From Candidatus Woesebacteria bacterium (lineage in GTDB: Bacteria; Patescibacteriota; Microgenomatia; UBA8517): DNA of 64,000 bases. Made by a program: the position numbers and the translations under genes. The stretch lies in NCBI GenBank assembly GCA_020060565.1, contig JAGVAE010000002.1:243270-307269 (forward strand), written 5' to 3'. Of the stretch, positions 1-9,664 are shown piece by piece. The notes beneath the pieces are model-generated. The model was given only the letters and a program-made list of their open reading frames with translations. It made no database searches and was not told the origin of the DNA. Positions within the stretch are counted from its first letter, which is position 1. The number at the start of each line of letters is the position of its first letter.

Positions 1-171
1 AGACCCTCTTTTATAGATGCAGAGGATCCCTCAAAGGCAAGAATTTTATATGATCTTTTTGTGGCCAAACTTAGACAAAATGATATAAAAGTTGAAACAG
101 GAAGTTTTGGTGATTATATGAAAATAGAAACTGAAATTGATGGACCAGTAACAATTTTGTATGAAAATTAA
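1..171 (+). CDS. dtd: D-aminoacyl-tRNA deacylase, 3' part (5' end outside window)
   Basis: Frame 1 reads RPSFIDAEDPSKARILYDLFV...[26 protein letters not shown], matching the Dtd C-terminal RPSF / G.FG..M....DGPVT motifs; absent from the ORF track. Confidence 0.9.
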   Translation, partial: RPSFIDAEDPSKARILYDLFVAKLRQNDIKVETGSFGDYMKIETEIDGPVTILYEN

Positions 172-775
172 ACTTGATGGAGTGGCTAGGATATTGTCCG
201 GTTTTGTACTAGTAATAGTAGCTGTGGTTATTGTTTTGACTGCATTTTGGGTAGGGTTTTCAAGAGGTTTTATTTATGGCAAAAATGAACAAATTGCTCA
301 GGATCAAAAATATATTTCCCAGATTGCTTCAGCTACAACCATTCCTGCTGCAACTTCCAAACCTGTTACTAAAGTTGTCTATGTGACTCCAGTTCCTGTT
401 TCTAAAATTACTTGGGGAGGGCCTCAATTATGGGAAGCAGTAAACAAAAGAAGGATAGAGCTTGGAGTAAACTCTCTATCTGTTCGAGACGAAATTTGTA
501 CACTTTCATCAATTCGTTTAAATGAGATTCTGAAATTGGGAGCTTTGGATGGTCATGCAGGGTTTAGTAAACTAGCAGAAAGAACCGACTTAAAACCAAC
601 TTTTGAAAAATACAACTTAAGTGAATTTTTGGTTTCAGGAGCTGATTCCCCCCAGGAAGCGGTTAACCTTTGGGAAAACACATTGGGGCACAAGGAACTT
701 CTAAGTGGTGGACAATATGTTTGGGGATGTATTTATGCTCAGGAGGGGTTTGGTGTGGCAATTGCTGCTTACTAA
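161..775 (+). CDS. CAP (SCP-like) domain protein with N-terminal membrane anchor
   Basis: N-terminal TM helix, P/T-rich linker, AVNKRR...GHAGF...AVNLW...GHKELL CAP-type motifs. Confidence 0.75.
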   Translation: MKIKLDGVARILSGFVLVIVAVVIVLTAFWVGFSRGFIYGKNEQIAQDQKYISQIASATTIPAATSKPVTKVVYVTPVPVSKITWGGPQLWEAVNKRRIELGVNSLSVRDEICTLSSIRLNEILKLGALDGHAGFSKLAERTDLKPTFEKYNLSEFLVSGADSPQEAVNLWENTLGHKELLSGGQYVWGCIYAQEGFGVAIAAY

Positions 776-1356
776 ATCAATCCATTTCTTTTTAGGAACT
801 CATTCAATTTTTTCTTTGAAGTGAACTGGCGGCCGATAGAGACAAATAAACGATTTATGTCTGGCCAGTATTTTTTGGGTAATGTTTTTACTAATTCTTT
901 TTCTGTTTGCTGGGGGGTTTTGGTATGAACCCAACTTAAAAGATTACTAATTCTATGAACATGAGTATCAACTGCAATTGCTGGGATTTTGAAAGCTCTG
1001 TTTAAGATTAAGTTTGCAGTTTTTCTACCCACCCCTGGTAGTTTTATGAGTTCTTCCATTGTGTTTGGAACATAGATTATCTGGTTTGACAATTTTTTAA
1101 TGTGTTTTGCTTTTGTTTTATAGAATCCAACAGGGTAGATTAACTTTTCTATTTCTTTTGTTTCTAGTTTTGCAAGACTTTTTAATGTTGGAGCTTTTTT
1201 AAATAATCTTTTTGAAGCCTCAAGTGTTACTTCATCTTTAGTTCTTGCAGACATGAGGGTTGATATTAAGGTTTTGTAAGGATCGTCTCCAAACACTTCT
1301 AATGGGACGGTAATATAATGTTTTTTGAAAATGGTGAAGACTTTGGAATAATTCAT
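772..1356 (-). CDS. nth: Endonuclease III (HhH-GPD glycosylase) lacking the C-terminal 4Fe-4S motif
   Basis: [12 protein letters not shown], Hh[22 protein letters not shown]; ATG at 1356 preferred over the longer ORF call. Confidence 0.88.
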   Translation of the reverse strand: MNYSKVFTIFKKHYITVPLEVFGDDPYKTLISTLMSARTKDEVTLEASKRLFKKAPTLKSLAKLETKEIEKLIYPVGFYKTKAKHIKKLSNQIIYVPNTMEELIKLPGVGRKTANLILNRAFKIPAIAVDTHVHRISNLLSWVHTKTPQQTEKELVKTLPKKYWPDINRLFVSIGRQFTSKKKLNEFLKRNGLI

Positions 1357-1373
1357 TTTAGGTGTGGAGAACA

Positions 1374-1405
1374 CAAAAGGGGCCGGTCAAACCGGTGCCC
1401 TTTTG
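1374..1405 (-). terminator. Intrinsic terminator hairpin downstream of the DUF5679 gene
   Basis: CAAAAGGGCACCGGT-TTG-ACCGGCCCCTTTTG on the minus strand, flanked by A/T tracts. Confidence 0.7.
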
Positions 1406-1427
1406 CTTTAAGTGTTCAATCTAAAGG

Positions 1428-1565
1428 TTATTTGCCTCCGATCTTGAACATGGTTGTGCCACAGACTTCACAAACAGCTTTTGTAGCTTTCTTACCATTC
1501 TTCATGGTAACTTCTTGTGCATCTTTTCCTTCTCTCTTGGCACGGCACTTTACACAGTACATCAT
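1428..1565 (-). CDS. DUF5679-like small zinc-ribbon basic protein (45 aa)
   Basis: MMYCVKCRAKREGKDAQEVTMKNGKKATKAVCEVCGTTMFKIGGK*; two CxxC pairs; strong SD AAGGGGGTGA; too short for the ORF track. Confidence 0.85.
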   Translation of the reverse strand: MMYCVKCRAKREGKDAQEVTMKNGKKATKAVCEVCGTTMFKIGGK

Positions 1566-1586
1566 AAATTTCTCACCCCCTTTTCA

Positions 1587-1865
1587 TTAGGACAGAATAA
1601 ACTTACTCCAGGCTAAGTATACTACCAACTCTAGTATTATCACGAAGCTGACTAGGATCAGACTCTTTATTATGTCTTTTTTGATTCTGCCTTGAGTTTC
1701 TTCTTTTGCCTGAATCTCGGCTTTTTTTGAGGCTGATAGCTTCGTAGGAATTGCTTTTTCGTCCAATTGTGATTCCCCCTTGACATGAGCCTCGGAAGGA
1801 GCCCAAGAATACAAAAAATTATAATGTGGGTGCTCTTTGTTTTTGCGTGTTCTTGTTATTGCCAC
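1587..1865 (-). CDS. Hypothetical protein with C-terminal TM helix
   Basis: 92 aa ORF, hydrophobic C-terminus. Confidence 0.6.
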   Translation of the reverse strand: MAITRTRKNKEHPHYNFLYSWAPSEAHVKGESQLDEKAIPTKLSASKKAEIQAKEETQGRIKKDIIKSLILVSFVIILELVVYLAWSKFILS

Positions 1866-2023
1866 GGCACCAATTTACAACGAATACAAGTTTTTTACAA
1901 TAAATAATATGAGACGATGAGTTTCTAACGAATCAGACCTTGACACTTTTATTTCAAGATGTAAGAATGATTGAGCCTAAATATTGTTCAAATGTTTAGG
2001 CCTGCCAAAAACCTTAATATATT

Positions 2024-2467
2024 ATGCTAGTTTATATTGCTTTATCGGTTTTTGGTCTCTGGCTGATTATTGTCAGCCTGATTTTATTTAAAGAGTTTGT
2101 ACTTTTTAAAAAACTTACCAAGGGTGTTGAAGTTGACGACTTAAAAAAAGTCTTAGAAGGTGTTCTTTCTAAAGAACTTAAAAACGAGAAAAGGATAAAT
2201 GAACTAGTTAAATGTATAAACCAACTTGAAGAAGATGGACATTTACATATACAGAAAGTGGGGCTTGTCAGATTCAATCCTTTTAAGGAGTTGGGTGGGG
2301 ATCATAGTTTTTCCCTAGCAATTTTAGATGGTGAAGATAGTGGAGTTATTATTACCAGTCTTCATACTAGGGATAGAACAAGGGTATATATGAAGGAGAT
2401 TGTAAAAGGTAAGACAAATATAGAGCTTTCAGATGAAGAAAAGAAAGCACTAGTAAATGCTAAGTAA
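2024..2467 (+). CDS. DUF4446-family membrane-anchored protein
   Basis: N-terminal TM; QKVGLVRFNPF..GGDHSFSLAILD...GVIITSLHTRDRTRVYMK..LSDEEK motif. Confidence 0.8.
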   Translation: MLVYIALSVFGLWLIIVSLILFKEFVLFKKLTKGVEVDDLKKVLEGVLSKELKNEKRINELVKCINQLEEDGHLHIQKVGLVRFNPFKELGGDHSFSLAILDGEDSGVIITSLHTRDRTRVYMKEIVKGKTNIELSDEEKKALVNAK

Positions 2468-2487
2468 AATAATGTAAAGTAAATAGT

Positions 2488-3729
2488 ATGCAAAAGTTTA
2501 ATTTAAATTTTAATAATCTTAAATCAAATAAGACAACTTTAATTGCCAGTTTTGTTGGACTATTTTTGGTTTCTATTGGATTGTCACTTCTTGTTTTTTC
2601 TTTGATTTCTCCTAAAGGAGCAAGTCAGTTGGTTAGTACAATAGCCCAAAAAGCTAGAGTGGATTTAACGGCTCCTAAAGTTGCTGAATGCCCAATAAAT
2701 GGGATGATGTATACCAAAGCTGAAAAAGATATATGGGAAAAGAGACGTCCAGTGGCTGTAATGATTGAAAACAATGTTGAGGCTCGTCCTGAATCGGGTC
2801 TTTCTAAAGCAGATGTTGTCTATGAAGCAGTGGCAGAAGGTGGAATAACCAGATTTACTTCAATTTTCTATTGTGGAGTTGCTGCTCAAAATGTCAAAGC
2901 GGCACCCATAAGGAGTGCTAGAGTTTATTTTATAAACATGGCTGCAGGATATGGAACTAATCCAATTTATCTTCACCAGGGTGGAGCTAATAATTTTTGC
3001 CCCGATTGTCCTGGAGGAGTTAAGTCTAGATTTGATATAGATAAAACTGTGGACGCGTACGCTCTTCTTGACAAGCTTGGTTGGAGGAATGGGTCGAAAG
3101 GGAATGGTATGGATGGAGGTTTTAATATTGGTTTTCCCATTGTTGTTCGTGATCAGTACAGGTTGAGTAGTACTCCAACTGCTTGGGAGCATTCGGTTGT
3201 TGCTGATATGGATGAGGTTTATAAAGAAGCTGATAAACGAGGATATAATTTTGAAGATGGGAATGGGGTTGCTTGGACTAAAGGATTTACGAAGTGGACT
3301 TTTCAAGATGGAAAAGCCGTTAGCTCCCCAACGGCCAGCGATATTAAATTTGGGTTCTGGAACAATCAGCCGGATTACGATGTTGAATGGAAGTATGATG
3401 CTACTACAAATTCATACATGAGATTTAATGGAGGAGTTGCTCATATTGATAATGAATTTGATAAACCACAAATATCTGCTAAAAATGTTGTGATAATGTT
3501 TGCTACAGAAAAAGGTCCAGTAGACAATGAAAAACATATGTTTTATCAAGTAATAGGGACAGGGAAGGCAAAAGTATTTCAGAATGGAACAGTGATTGAT
3601 GGAACTTGGTCAAAGGCCTCTGCACTTGACAGGGAGATATTTTATGATACAAATGGGAAAGAAATAGAAATGGTTCGTGGTACAACTTGGGTTGAGATAG
3701 TTCCTGCCGGAAATAACATTAGTTATTAA
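2488..3729 (+). CDS. DUF3048-family (YerB-like) extracytoplasmic protein
   Basis: CPING..RRPVAVMIEN...ARPESGLSKADVVYEAVAEGGITRF...PIRSAR; C-terminal G.TWVEIVP. Confidence 0.85.
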   Translation: MQKFNLNFNNLKSNKTTLIASFVGLFLVSIGLSLLVFSLISPKGASQLVSTIAQKARVDLTAPKVAECPINGMMYTKAEKDIWEKRRPVAVMIENNVEARPESGLSKADVVYEAVAEGGITRFTSIFYCGVAAQNVKAAPIRSARVYFINMAAGYGTNPIYLHQGGANNFCPDCPGGVKSRFDIDKTVDAYALLDKLGWRNGSKGNGMDGGFNIGFPIVVRDQYRLSSTPTAWEHSVVADMDEVYKEADKRGYNFEDGNGVAWTKGFTKWTFQDGKAVSSPTASDIKFGFWNNQPDYDVEWKYDATTNSYMRFNGGVAHIDNEFDKPQISAKNVVIMFATEKGPVDNEKHMFYQVIGTGKAKVFQNGTVIDGTWSKASALDREIFYDTNGKEIEMVRGTTWVEIVPAGNNISY

Positions 3730-3730
3730 A

Positions 3731-4315
3731 ATGGCAGCATTAAGTGATCTTATTACTTCTAAAGTTAGGATAAAAATTTTGGAGCTTTTTTTCTCCAACC
3801 TTAAAGAGATCTATCATGTCAGAGGAATTGTTAGAGAAACCAGTGAAGAAATAAATGCGGTCAGGCGTGAGTTAACCAAGCTTGAAGCAGATGGGGTTTT
3901 AAGAAAAGAGCCTAGAGGAAATAGGGTTTATTATTCAGTAAGAAATGAACATCCATTCTATGGAGATTTGATTTCTATGGTAGCCAAAACCACAGGACTT
4001 GGGAGGCAGTTGATTGAAAATAAAAATAAAATAGGTAAAGCCTCTTTTATTATGTTTTCTGGAAAGTTTGTCAGAATGAAAGATAGAAAGAGAGAAGACG
4101 ACGTTGATATTTTGGTAGTTGGAGAAGTTGTTCTTCCTGAGTTGGCCTCTTTAATTCGGGTAGAAGAAAGTAAACGCGCTAGGGAAATTAACTATACTGT
4201 AATGAGCAGAGAAGAATTTGATTTTAGGAAGAAAAGACGTGATCCATTTCTCCTTGGAATTTTAGCTGGTAGCCGTGCTATGATTATTGGCGATGAGGAA
4301 GACTTGGTCAATTAG
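3731..4315 (+). CDS. Winged-HTH plus nucleotidyltransferase-like domain protein
   Basis: N-terminal wHTH (VRGIVRETSEEINAVRRELTKL), C-terminal DVDILVVG and REINYTVMS MNT-like motifs. Confidence 0.7.
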   Translation: MAALSDLITSKVRIKILELFFSNLKEIYHVRGIVRETSEEINAVRRELTKLEADGVLRKEPRGNRVYYSVRNEHPFYGDLISMVAKTTGLGRQLIENKNKIGKASFIMFSGKFVRMKDRKREDDVDILVVGEVVLPELASLIRVEESKRAREINYTVMSREEFDFRKKRRDPFLLGILAGSRAMIIGDEEDLVN

Positions 4316-5549
4316 CTTCATAATTTTAATAACATTAGCGGCAACTTATATAGGTTTGCCTATCAATAATAAATTTGATTTAAAATTGGGATTGGATTTG
4401 GCTGGTGGTAGCCGTCTTATTTTTGAAGCTGATATGACCAATATCCCGACTGAAAAAGGTAAAACCGCCCTGGAATCAGTTAAGAATGTGATTGAAAGAA
4501 GAGTTAATCTTTTTGGTGTTTCTGAACCATCAATCCAAACATCTAATTTTGAGGGTAAAGATAGAATAATAGTAGAACTACCGGGAATAAGCGATACTCA
4601 AACTGCAATTTCCTTAATAGGTCAGACCGCACAACTTGAGTTTGCTGAAGTTGTTGAAATACCTGCAACAGATACTGCTTCAGCCTCCTCAACTTTAATT
4701 CCAACAAACCTTACAGGAGCGGACTTGGAAAGTGCAGCTGTTGTTTTTGACAGTCAAACAGGTAAACCCACAATTTCTCTGCAGTTCACAAAAGAAGGTG
4801 GAGATAAGTTTGCAAAAATTACAGCTAAAAATATTGGTAAACCCCTACCAATAATACTTGATGAACAGATTGTTTCTGCCCCTACAGTACAACAAGAAAT
4901 TACAGGGGGGACAGCCCAGATTAGTGGAAGTTTTACCATTGATGAGGCCAAACAACTTGCGATCCAGCTTAATGCTGGAGCTCTTCCTGTTCCGGTTAAT
5001 CTTGTTCAAGAAACCTCAGTTGGGGCAACCTTGGGGGCGGTTTCTATTAAACAAAGTGTAGTTGCTGGGATTGTTGGAATTTCCATGGTTATGTTATTTA
5101 TGATTTTGGCTTATGGTAAGTTTGGACTAGTTGCTGATGTTGGACTTTTTATTTTTGGAGTGATCACACTTGCACTTTATAAATTAATTCCAGTTACATT
5201 GACTCTTCCTGGAATTGCTGGATTTATGCTTTCTATTGGAATGGCGGTTGATAGTAATATTCTTATTTTTGAAAGATTCAAAGAAGAAAAACCCAAACAT
5301 GCTTTATCTGATGCACTGGAAATTTCCTTCGGGCGCGCTTGGGATTCTATCCGTGACGCAAATATTGCAACACTTGTCACAAGCTTTATTTTAATAAATC
5401 CTCTTGATTGGTCAATCTTGCCTTCATCGGGCCCTGTAAGAGGATTTGCAATTACCTTGGCTCTGGGAATTGGGATTAGTTTATTTACAGGGATTGTTGT
5501 TAGCAGAAACTTACTAAGAATATTTATTAGAGAGGAGAAGAAAAAATGA
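4293..5549 (+). CDS. secD: Protein translocase subunit SecD
   Basis: LGLDLAGG, RRVNLFGVSEP, RIIVELPG, LNAGALPVP, IGMAVDSNILIFER. Confidence 0.96.
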   Translation: MRKTWSISFIILITLAATYIGLPINNKFDLKLGLDLAGGSRLIFEADMTNIPTEKGKTALESVKNVIERRVNLFGVSEPSIQTSNFEGKDRIIVELPGISDTQTAISLIGQTAQLEFAEVVEIPATDTASASSTLIPTNLTGADLESAAVVFDSQTGKPTISLQFTKEGGDKFAKITAKNIGKPLPIILDEQIVSAPTVQQEITGGTAQISGSFTIDEAKQLAIQLNAGALPVPVNLVQETSVGATLGAVSIKQSVVAGIVGISMVMLFMILAYGKFGLVADVGLFIFGVITLALYKLIPVTLTLPGIAGFMLSIGMAVDSNILIFERFKEEKPKHALSDALEISFGRAWDSIRDANIATLVTSFILINPLDWSILPSSGPVRGFAITLALGIGISLFTGIVVSRNLLRIFIREEKKK

Positions 5550-6340
5550 TTAATTGGATGAAGTTTAGACCATTATATTTGGCTGTTTCTACTCTAGTTA
5601 TTGTGGGTGGGATAGTTAGTGTCGCCACTTGGGGACTTAAGTTTGGAATTGATTTTACAGGAGGAACTTTGATTGAATATAGACTTGCAAGTGGAGAAAA
5701 GAAGGTTGAAAGATATGGACAGCTTGAGGAAACCGAGCTTGAAAAAATTAGAAATGATTTCAAAAACGAAGGGATAGTGGAAGAAAGATTAGAGAGGGTA
5801 GGACCTACCATTGGACCAGAACTTGTTAAAAAAACAATTTATGGACTTGTTATTTCAATGAGTGCAATACTTCTTTGGATTGCCTATCAGTTTAAAAATA
5901 TGAAGTTTGGTATTTCAGCAACTGTGGCTACCATTCATGATATTTTGGTACTTGTTGGAGTTTATTCAATTGTAAGTCACTTTACAGGAGCTGAAGTTGA
6001 TTTTCTTTTTGTAACAGCGCTTCTTACTGTGATTTCATTTTCTGTTCATGACACTATTGTTGTTTACGATAGAATCCGTGAACTACACAAAAAATCTGGA
6101 GAGGATATTAAAGAATTGGCAAACCATGCCTTAAGTGAAACAATGACCAGATCAATTAATAATTCATTTACAATAATATTCATGTTGGTGGCTCTTATTC
6201 TTATGGGTGGGGAAACCACAAAATGGTTTTCAGTAGCACTTCTAATAGGGACCGTATCGGGAACTTATTCCTCACCATTTGTTGCAGTTCCAATACTTGT
6301 TACTTGGGACGAACTTCAGAAGAAGTTTAAGAAGAAATAG
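5546..6340 (+). CDS. secF: Protein translocase subunit SecF
   Basis: GIDFTGG, VGPTIG, SVHDTIVVYDRIRE, TMTRSINNS, GTYSSPFVA; overlaps the secD stop. Confidence 0.95.
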   Translation: MINWMKFRPLYLAVSTLVIVGGIVSVATWGLKFGIDFTGGTLIEYRLASGEKKVERYGQLEETELEKIRNDFKNEGIVEERLERVGPTIGPELVKKTIYGLVISMSAILLWIAYQFKNMKFGISATVATIHDILVLVGVYSIVSHFTGAEVDFLFVTALLTVISFSVHDTIVVYDRIRELHKKSGEDIKELANHALSETMTRSINNSFTIIFMLVALILMGGETTKWFSVALLIGTVSGTYSSPFVAVPILVTWDELQKKFKKK

Positions 6341-7673
6341 TTTTTATTTTTTTAAGTAATTCTTCTTTTGTGTTTTCCACTTTTTTCTCAACCACTTCTT
6401 CAAATAACTTTTCTAAAATTTCTCCAACTTTGGGAGATGGGGGAATGTTTAATTCATTCATAACATCTTTCCCGTTGATCTTTAGATCTTTTAAAGAAAA
6501 TGGCTGTTTTTGGACTTCAATTAGTCTTTTTTTAAATTCTTCCAATCTCCAACTGGTTTCTCTAGCTCCTCCACCAAGTCTATCTGCTACACGAAGGGCC
6601 AACATGTCTTCAATGTAGGTGGGGGTAACATTTCTTAAGATTCTTCTTATGGCATTGTCTGTTTGATGTTCATCAACTGTAAATTGGTGCCAGCGAACTA
6701 GCGTTACAAACTTGTCTGTTTCTTTTTTTGAAAATCTTAATCTTTCTGCAATGTTTTCTGCAATTCTGGTTGATACCATTTCGTGGTTATAGAAAGTAAT
6801 GACTCCACTTTCCAATTTCCTATAAGTTTGGGGTTTGCCTATGTCATGAACTAGTGTCGCAAATCTTGTTATTGGATCTTCACTTTTACAGTTTTTAAGT
6901 GACATTAGTAAATGATTTCCTACATCATATATATGGTGTCTTCCTGGAGATTTTTGTTCTACTCCAAAACATTTTTCCATTTCAGGTAAAATTTTGTTCA
7001 AAAGACTAGTGGAACGGAACAAAACCATTCCCTCATATGGGTTGGGAGATTTTAAGAGTTTAAAAAGTTCGTCTTTCACTCTCTCTTTGGCGATTTTGTT
7101 TATTAATGGAACATTTTTTTTGATGGCTTCAAATGTTTCTTTTTCTATAGTAAAACCTAGCTCTGAAGCAATTCTTACCGCCCTCATCATACGCAAGGCA
7201 TCTTCACCAAAGCGCTCATTTGGATCCCCAACTGCTTTTATTTGTTTTTCTTTAATATCTTTCTGACCTGAGAATAAATCAATTACTTTTAAGTCTTTAT
7301 CAAAAGCTAGAGCGTTTATTGTAAAATCACGTCTTTCTAAATCTTCTTCTAGAGTCTTGCCCCAGGTTATTTTGTCTGGATGTCTGGAATCTGAATATCC
7401 CTGCTCGGTTCTAAAGGTTGTTATTTCAAATGGCTTAAGATTATCGTCGCATGACAAACCTACTGTGCCGTAGGTGTTGTCATAGAATCCATCTGGAATT
7501 ACCTTTAAAATTTGTTCTGGGGTAGCATTGGTTGTAAAGTCCCAGTCATTGACCAGTCTGCCCATTAGAACGTCACGTACAGCACCACCGACGATGTAAA
7601 TCTCATACCCTGCTTTGGTGAATCTTTCTAATATGTCTGTTACTGATTTTGGTAGATGGACATTACTTTCCAT
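6327..7673 (-). CDS. cca: CCA tRNA nucleotidyltransferase / poly(A) polymerase family with HD domain
   Basis: VGGAVRD..DWDFTT, EITTFR, DLERRDFTINA, EDALRMMRAVR, HDIGKP. Confidence 0.9.
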   Translation of the reverse strand: MESNVHLPKSVTDILERFTKAGYEIYIVGGAVRDVLMGRLVNDWDFTTNATPEQILKVIPDGFYDNTYGTVGLSCDDNLKPFEITTFRTEQGYSDSRHPDKITWGKTLEEDLERRDFTINALAFDKDLKVIDLFSGQKDIKEKQIKAVGDPNERFGEDALRMMRAVRIASELGFTIEKETFEAIKKNVPLINKIAKERVKDELFKLLKSPNPYEGMVLFRSTSLLNKILPEMEKCFGVEQKSPGRHHIYDVGNHLLMSLKNCKSEDPITRFATLVHDIGKPQTYRKLESGVITFYNHEMVSTRIAENIAERLRFSKKETDKFVTLVRWHQFTVDEHQTDNAIRRILRNVTPTYIEDMLALRVADRLGGGARETSWRLEEFKKRLIEVQKQPFSLKDLKINGKDVMNELNIPPSPKVGEILEKLFEEVVEKKVENTKEELLKKIKTISS

Positions 7674-7711
7674 ATAAGTTAAATTATACCAGCATTCAAA
7701 GGTGTAAAAAT

Positions 7712-9313
7712 ATGAGATGGGAGGTACTACATAAAGGGAAAGTTAAGGATCCAATATCTATTATTGATATTCTTCTTAAAAACCGTGGAATTAAGAACAA
7801 AAAGATTTTTTTTAATCCCACTGATCCTTCCAAAATTTCTCTTAAAGACTTGGGAGTTAAATCATTAGAAGTTAAAAAATCTATAGAAAGAATAAAGAAA
7901 GCCAAAAAAAATAAAGAGTTTGTTATTGTTTATGGTGATTATGATGCTGATGGAATAACTGCTACTGCCATTATGTGGGAGAGCCTACATGCTTTTGGAC
8001 TTGATGTTTTGCCTCATATTCCCGATAGATTTGAGGAAGGGTATGGAATTAATGCTGAAAGTGTAAAAAACCTTAAAAACAAGTTTCCTAGACTATCATT
8101 GATTGTTACAGTTGATAATGGAATTGTTGCATATGATGGGGTTGAGGCTGCTAATAAACTGGGAATTGATGTTGTTGTAGTTGATCATCATACAAAAGGT
8201 ACTAAAAAACTTAAGGCCTTTGGAATTATTCATAGTATTGAGGTTTGTGGATCTGCCCTTACTTGGTTTTTTGGACAGCAATTGATCAAATCTACAAATA
8301 CTTTGGAGTTGGCTGCGATTGGAACCATTGCAGATCAACTTCCTTTGGTTGGAGTAAATAGATCAGTTGTTAAGTATGGTCTTGCAGCATTAAACAAAAC
8401 CAAAAGACCAGGACTTCTGGCTCTGTTTAAAGAAGCTGGAATTGAGAATGTTGGAACATATGAAGTTGGCTATATTATTGCGCCTCGTATTAATGCTGCG
8501 GGAAGGCTTAAACACGGACTGGAATCTTTAAGGCTTCTTTGCACAAAAGATAAAGTTAAAGCATTTGATATAGCTTTGGGAATTGGAAAAACTAACTATG
8601 AACGTCAGAAAATTGTTGAGGAAGTGGTAATGATGGCAAGGAAGAATGTTGGCGATCAAAAGGTAATTGTTATTGCGGGAGAGGCCTACCATGAGGGAGT
8701 GATTGGTTTGGCAGCGGGGCGACTGGTTGAGGAATTCTACCGTCCCTCAATTGTTCTTTCTACTAAAGGGAAAGTTTCTAAAGCTTCTGCTAGGTCTATT
8801 TCTGAGTTTAATATAATTGAGGCAATAAGAGGAGTAAATCTTCATTTGGAAGGTGGGGGGCATCCAATGGCTGCAGGTTTTTCAATAGAAACAAGCAAGA
8901 TTGAGATGTTTACTAGTCAAATAAATATTTTTGCTGACAAACTTTTAACAGATGAAATATTAGAAAAGAAATTAAAAATAGATTGTGAAGTGGAGTTTGA
9001 TCAGCTAAATTACGATTTGTTGGGCCAACTTAAACAGTTTGAACCAACTGGACTGGGAAACTTTGGAGCATCCTTTTTAACAAAAGAAGTGGAAGTGGTT
9101 GAGGCAAAAACTGTGGGAAGGGAGGCAAGACACTTAAAACTGAAATTAAAGCAAGGTGAACAAATATTTGATTCAATATATTTTGGTGGGGGAGAAATGT
9201 ACTCAACATTAAATCCTAAGGCTAATGTAGATGTAGTTTATAGTCTTGAGGACAATTCTTGGAATGGATACAAGAATCTTCAGTTAAAAGTTAGAGATCT
9301 TAAGACTAATTAG
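7712..9313 (+). CDS. recJ: Single-stranded-DNA exonuclease RecJ
   Basis: YGDYDADG, TVDNG, DHH, APRINAAGRL, GGGHPMAAG; ATG at 7712. Confidence 0.95.
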   Translation: MRWEVLHKGKVKDPISIIDILLKNRGIKNKKIFFNPTDPSKISLKDLGVKSLEVKKSIERIKKAKKNKEFVIVYGDYDADGITATAIMWESLHAFGLDVLPHIPDRFEEGYGINAESVKNLKNKFPRLSLIVTVDNGIVAYDGVEAANKLGIDVVVVDHHTKGTKKLKAFGIIHSIEVCGSALTWFFGQQLIKSTNTLELAAIGTIADQLPLVGVNRSVVKYGLAALNKTKRPGLLALFKEAGIENVGTYEVGYIIAPRINAAGRLKHGLESLRLLCTKDKVKAFDIALGIGKTNYERQKIVEEVVMMARKNVGDQKVIVIAGEAYHEGVIGLAAGRLVEEFYRPSIVLSTKGKVSKASARSISEFNIIEAIRGVNLHLEGGGHPMAAGFSIETSKIEMFTSQINIFADKLLTDEILEKKLKIDCEVEFDQLNYDLLGQLKQFEPTGLGNFGASFLTKEVEVVEAKTVGREARHLKLKLKQGEQIFDSIYFGGGEMYSTLNPKANVDVVYSLEDNSWNGYKNLQLKVRDLKTN

Positions 9314-9498
9314 CCTTCGTAAGGGGATTGCCAGTTTTCTCTAACTTGCGGTGGGGTTTGATGTTTTTTTTCAGAAGGTAAAACCCTAGAAACCATTTCT
9401 ACTTTTGTTTCAGGATGTATAACTTCGTTGGGATTTCCATAAAAATTAGCATCAGTTGTTACTCCCAAGCCTTCGAATGTTAATATTCTTTCGCTCAT
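9310..9498 (-). CDS. Small hypothetical protein (62 aa)
   Basis: Perfect SD AGGAGGTGA 5 nt before the ATG at 9498. Confidence 0.6.
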   Translation of the reverse strand: MSERILTFEGLGVTTDANFYGNPNEVIHPETKVEMVSRVLPSEKKHQTPPQVRENWQSPYEG

Positions 9499-9652
9499 CA
9501 GAATCACCTCCTATCATTGTTGTAATGTTGTCTCCATGTAAAAGTTCCACCTCAGAAATCTTACCAGATATAAAAATTTCTGCTAATTCTTTAATTATCC
9601 CTTCAGGCACTCCAGCCTGTTGGTTAAATGTTTGTCCGTTTTCTTTATTCAT
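9452..9652 (-). CDS. Small hypothetical protein (66 aa)
   Basis: ATG at 9652 directly after the attenuator terminator; overlaps the next small ORF. Confidence 0.5.
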   Translation of the reverse strand: MNKENGQTFNQQAGVPEGIIKELAEIFISGKISEVELLHGDNITTMIGGDSDERKNINIRRLGSNN

Positions 9653-9664
9653 ACTTTTGGCATT

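Noticed and set aside
1318-1590. 90-aa + strand ORF
   Set aside because: Antisense shadow of the DUF5679 gene and its terminator
1967-2002. Tiny uORF (MIEPKYCSNV*) and hairpin before the DUF4446 gene
   Set aside because: Single AT-rich hairpin with no U tract or alternative stem; insufficient support
3731-4315. MNT antitoxin of a HEPN-MNT toxin-antitoxin pair
   Set aside because: No adjacent HEPN gene; it is embedded in the housekeeping secDF operon
9310-9652. Possible single frameshifted gene from two overlapping ORFs
   Set aside because: The second ORF has its own perfect SD and ATG; no slippery site is evident
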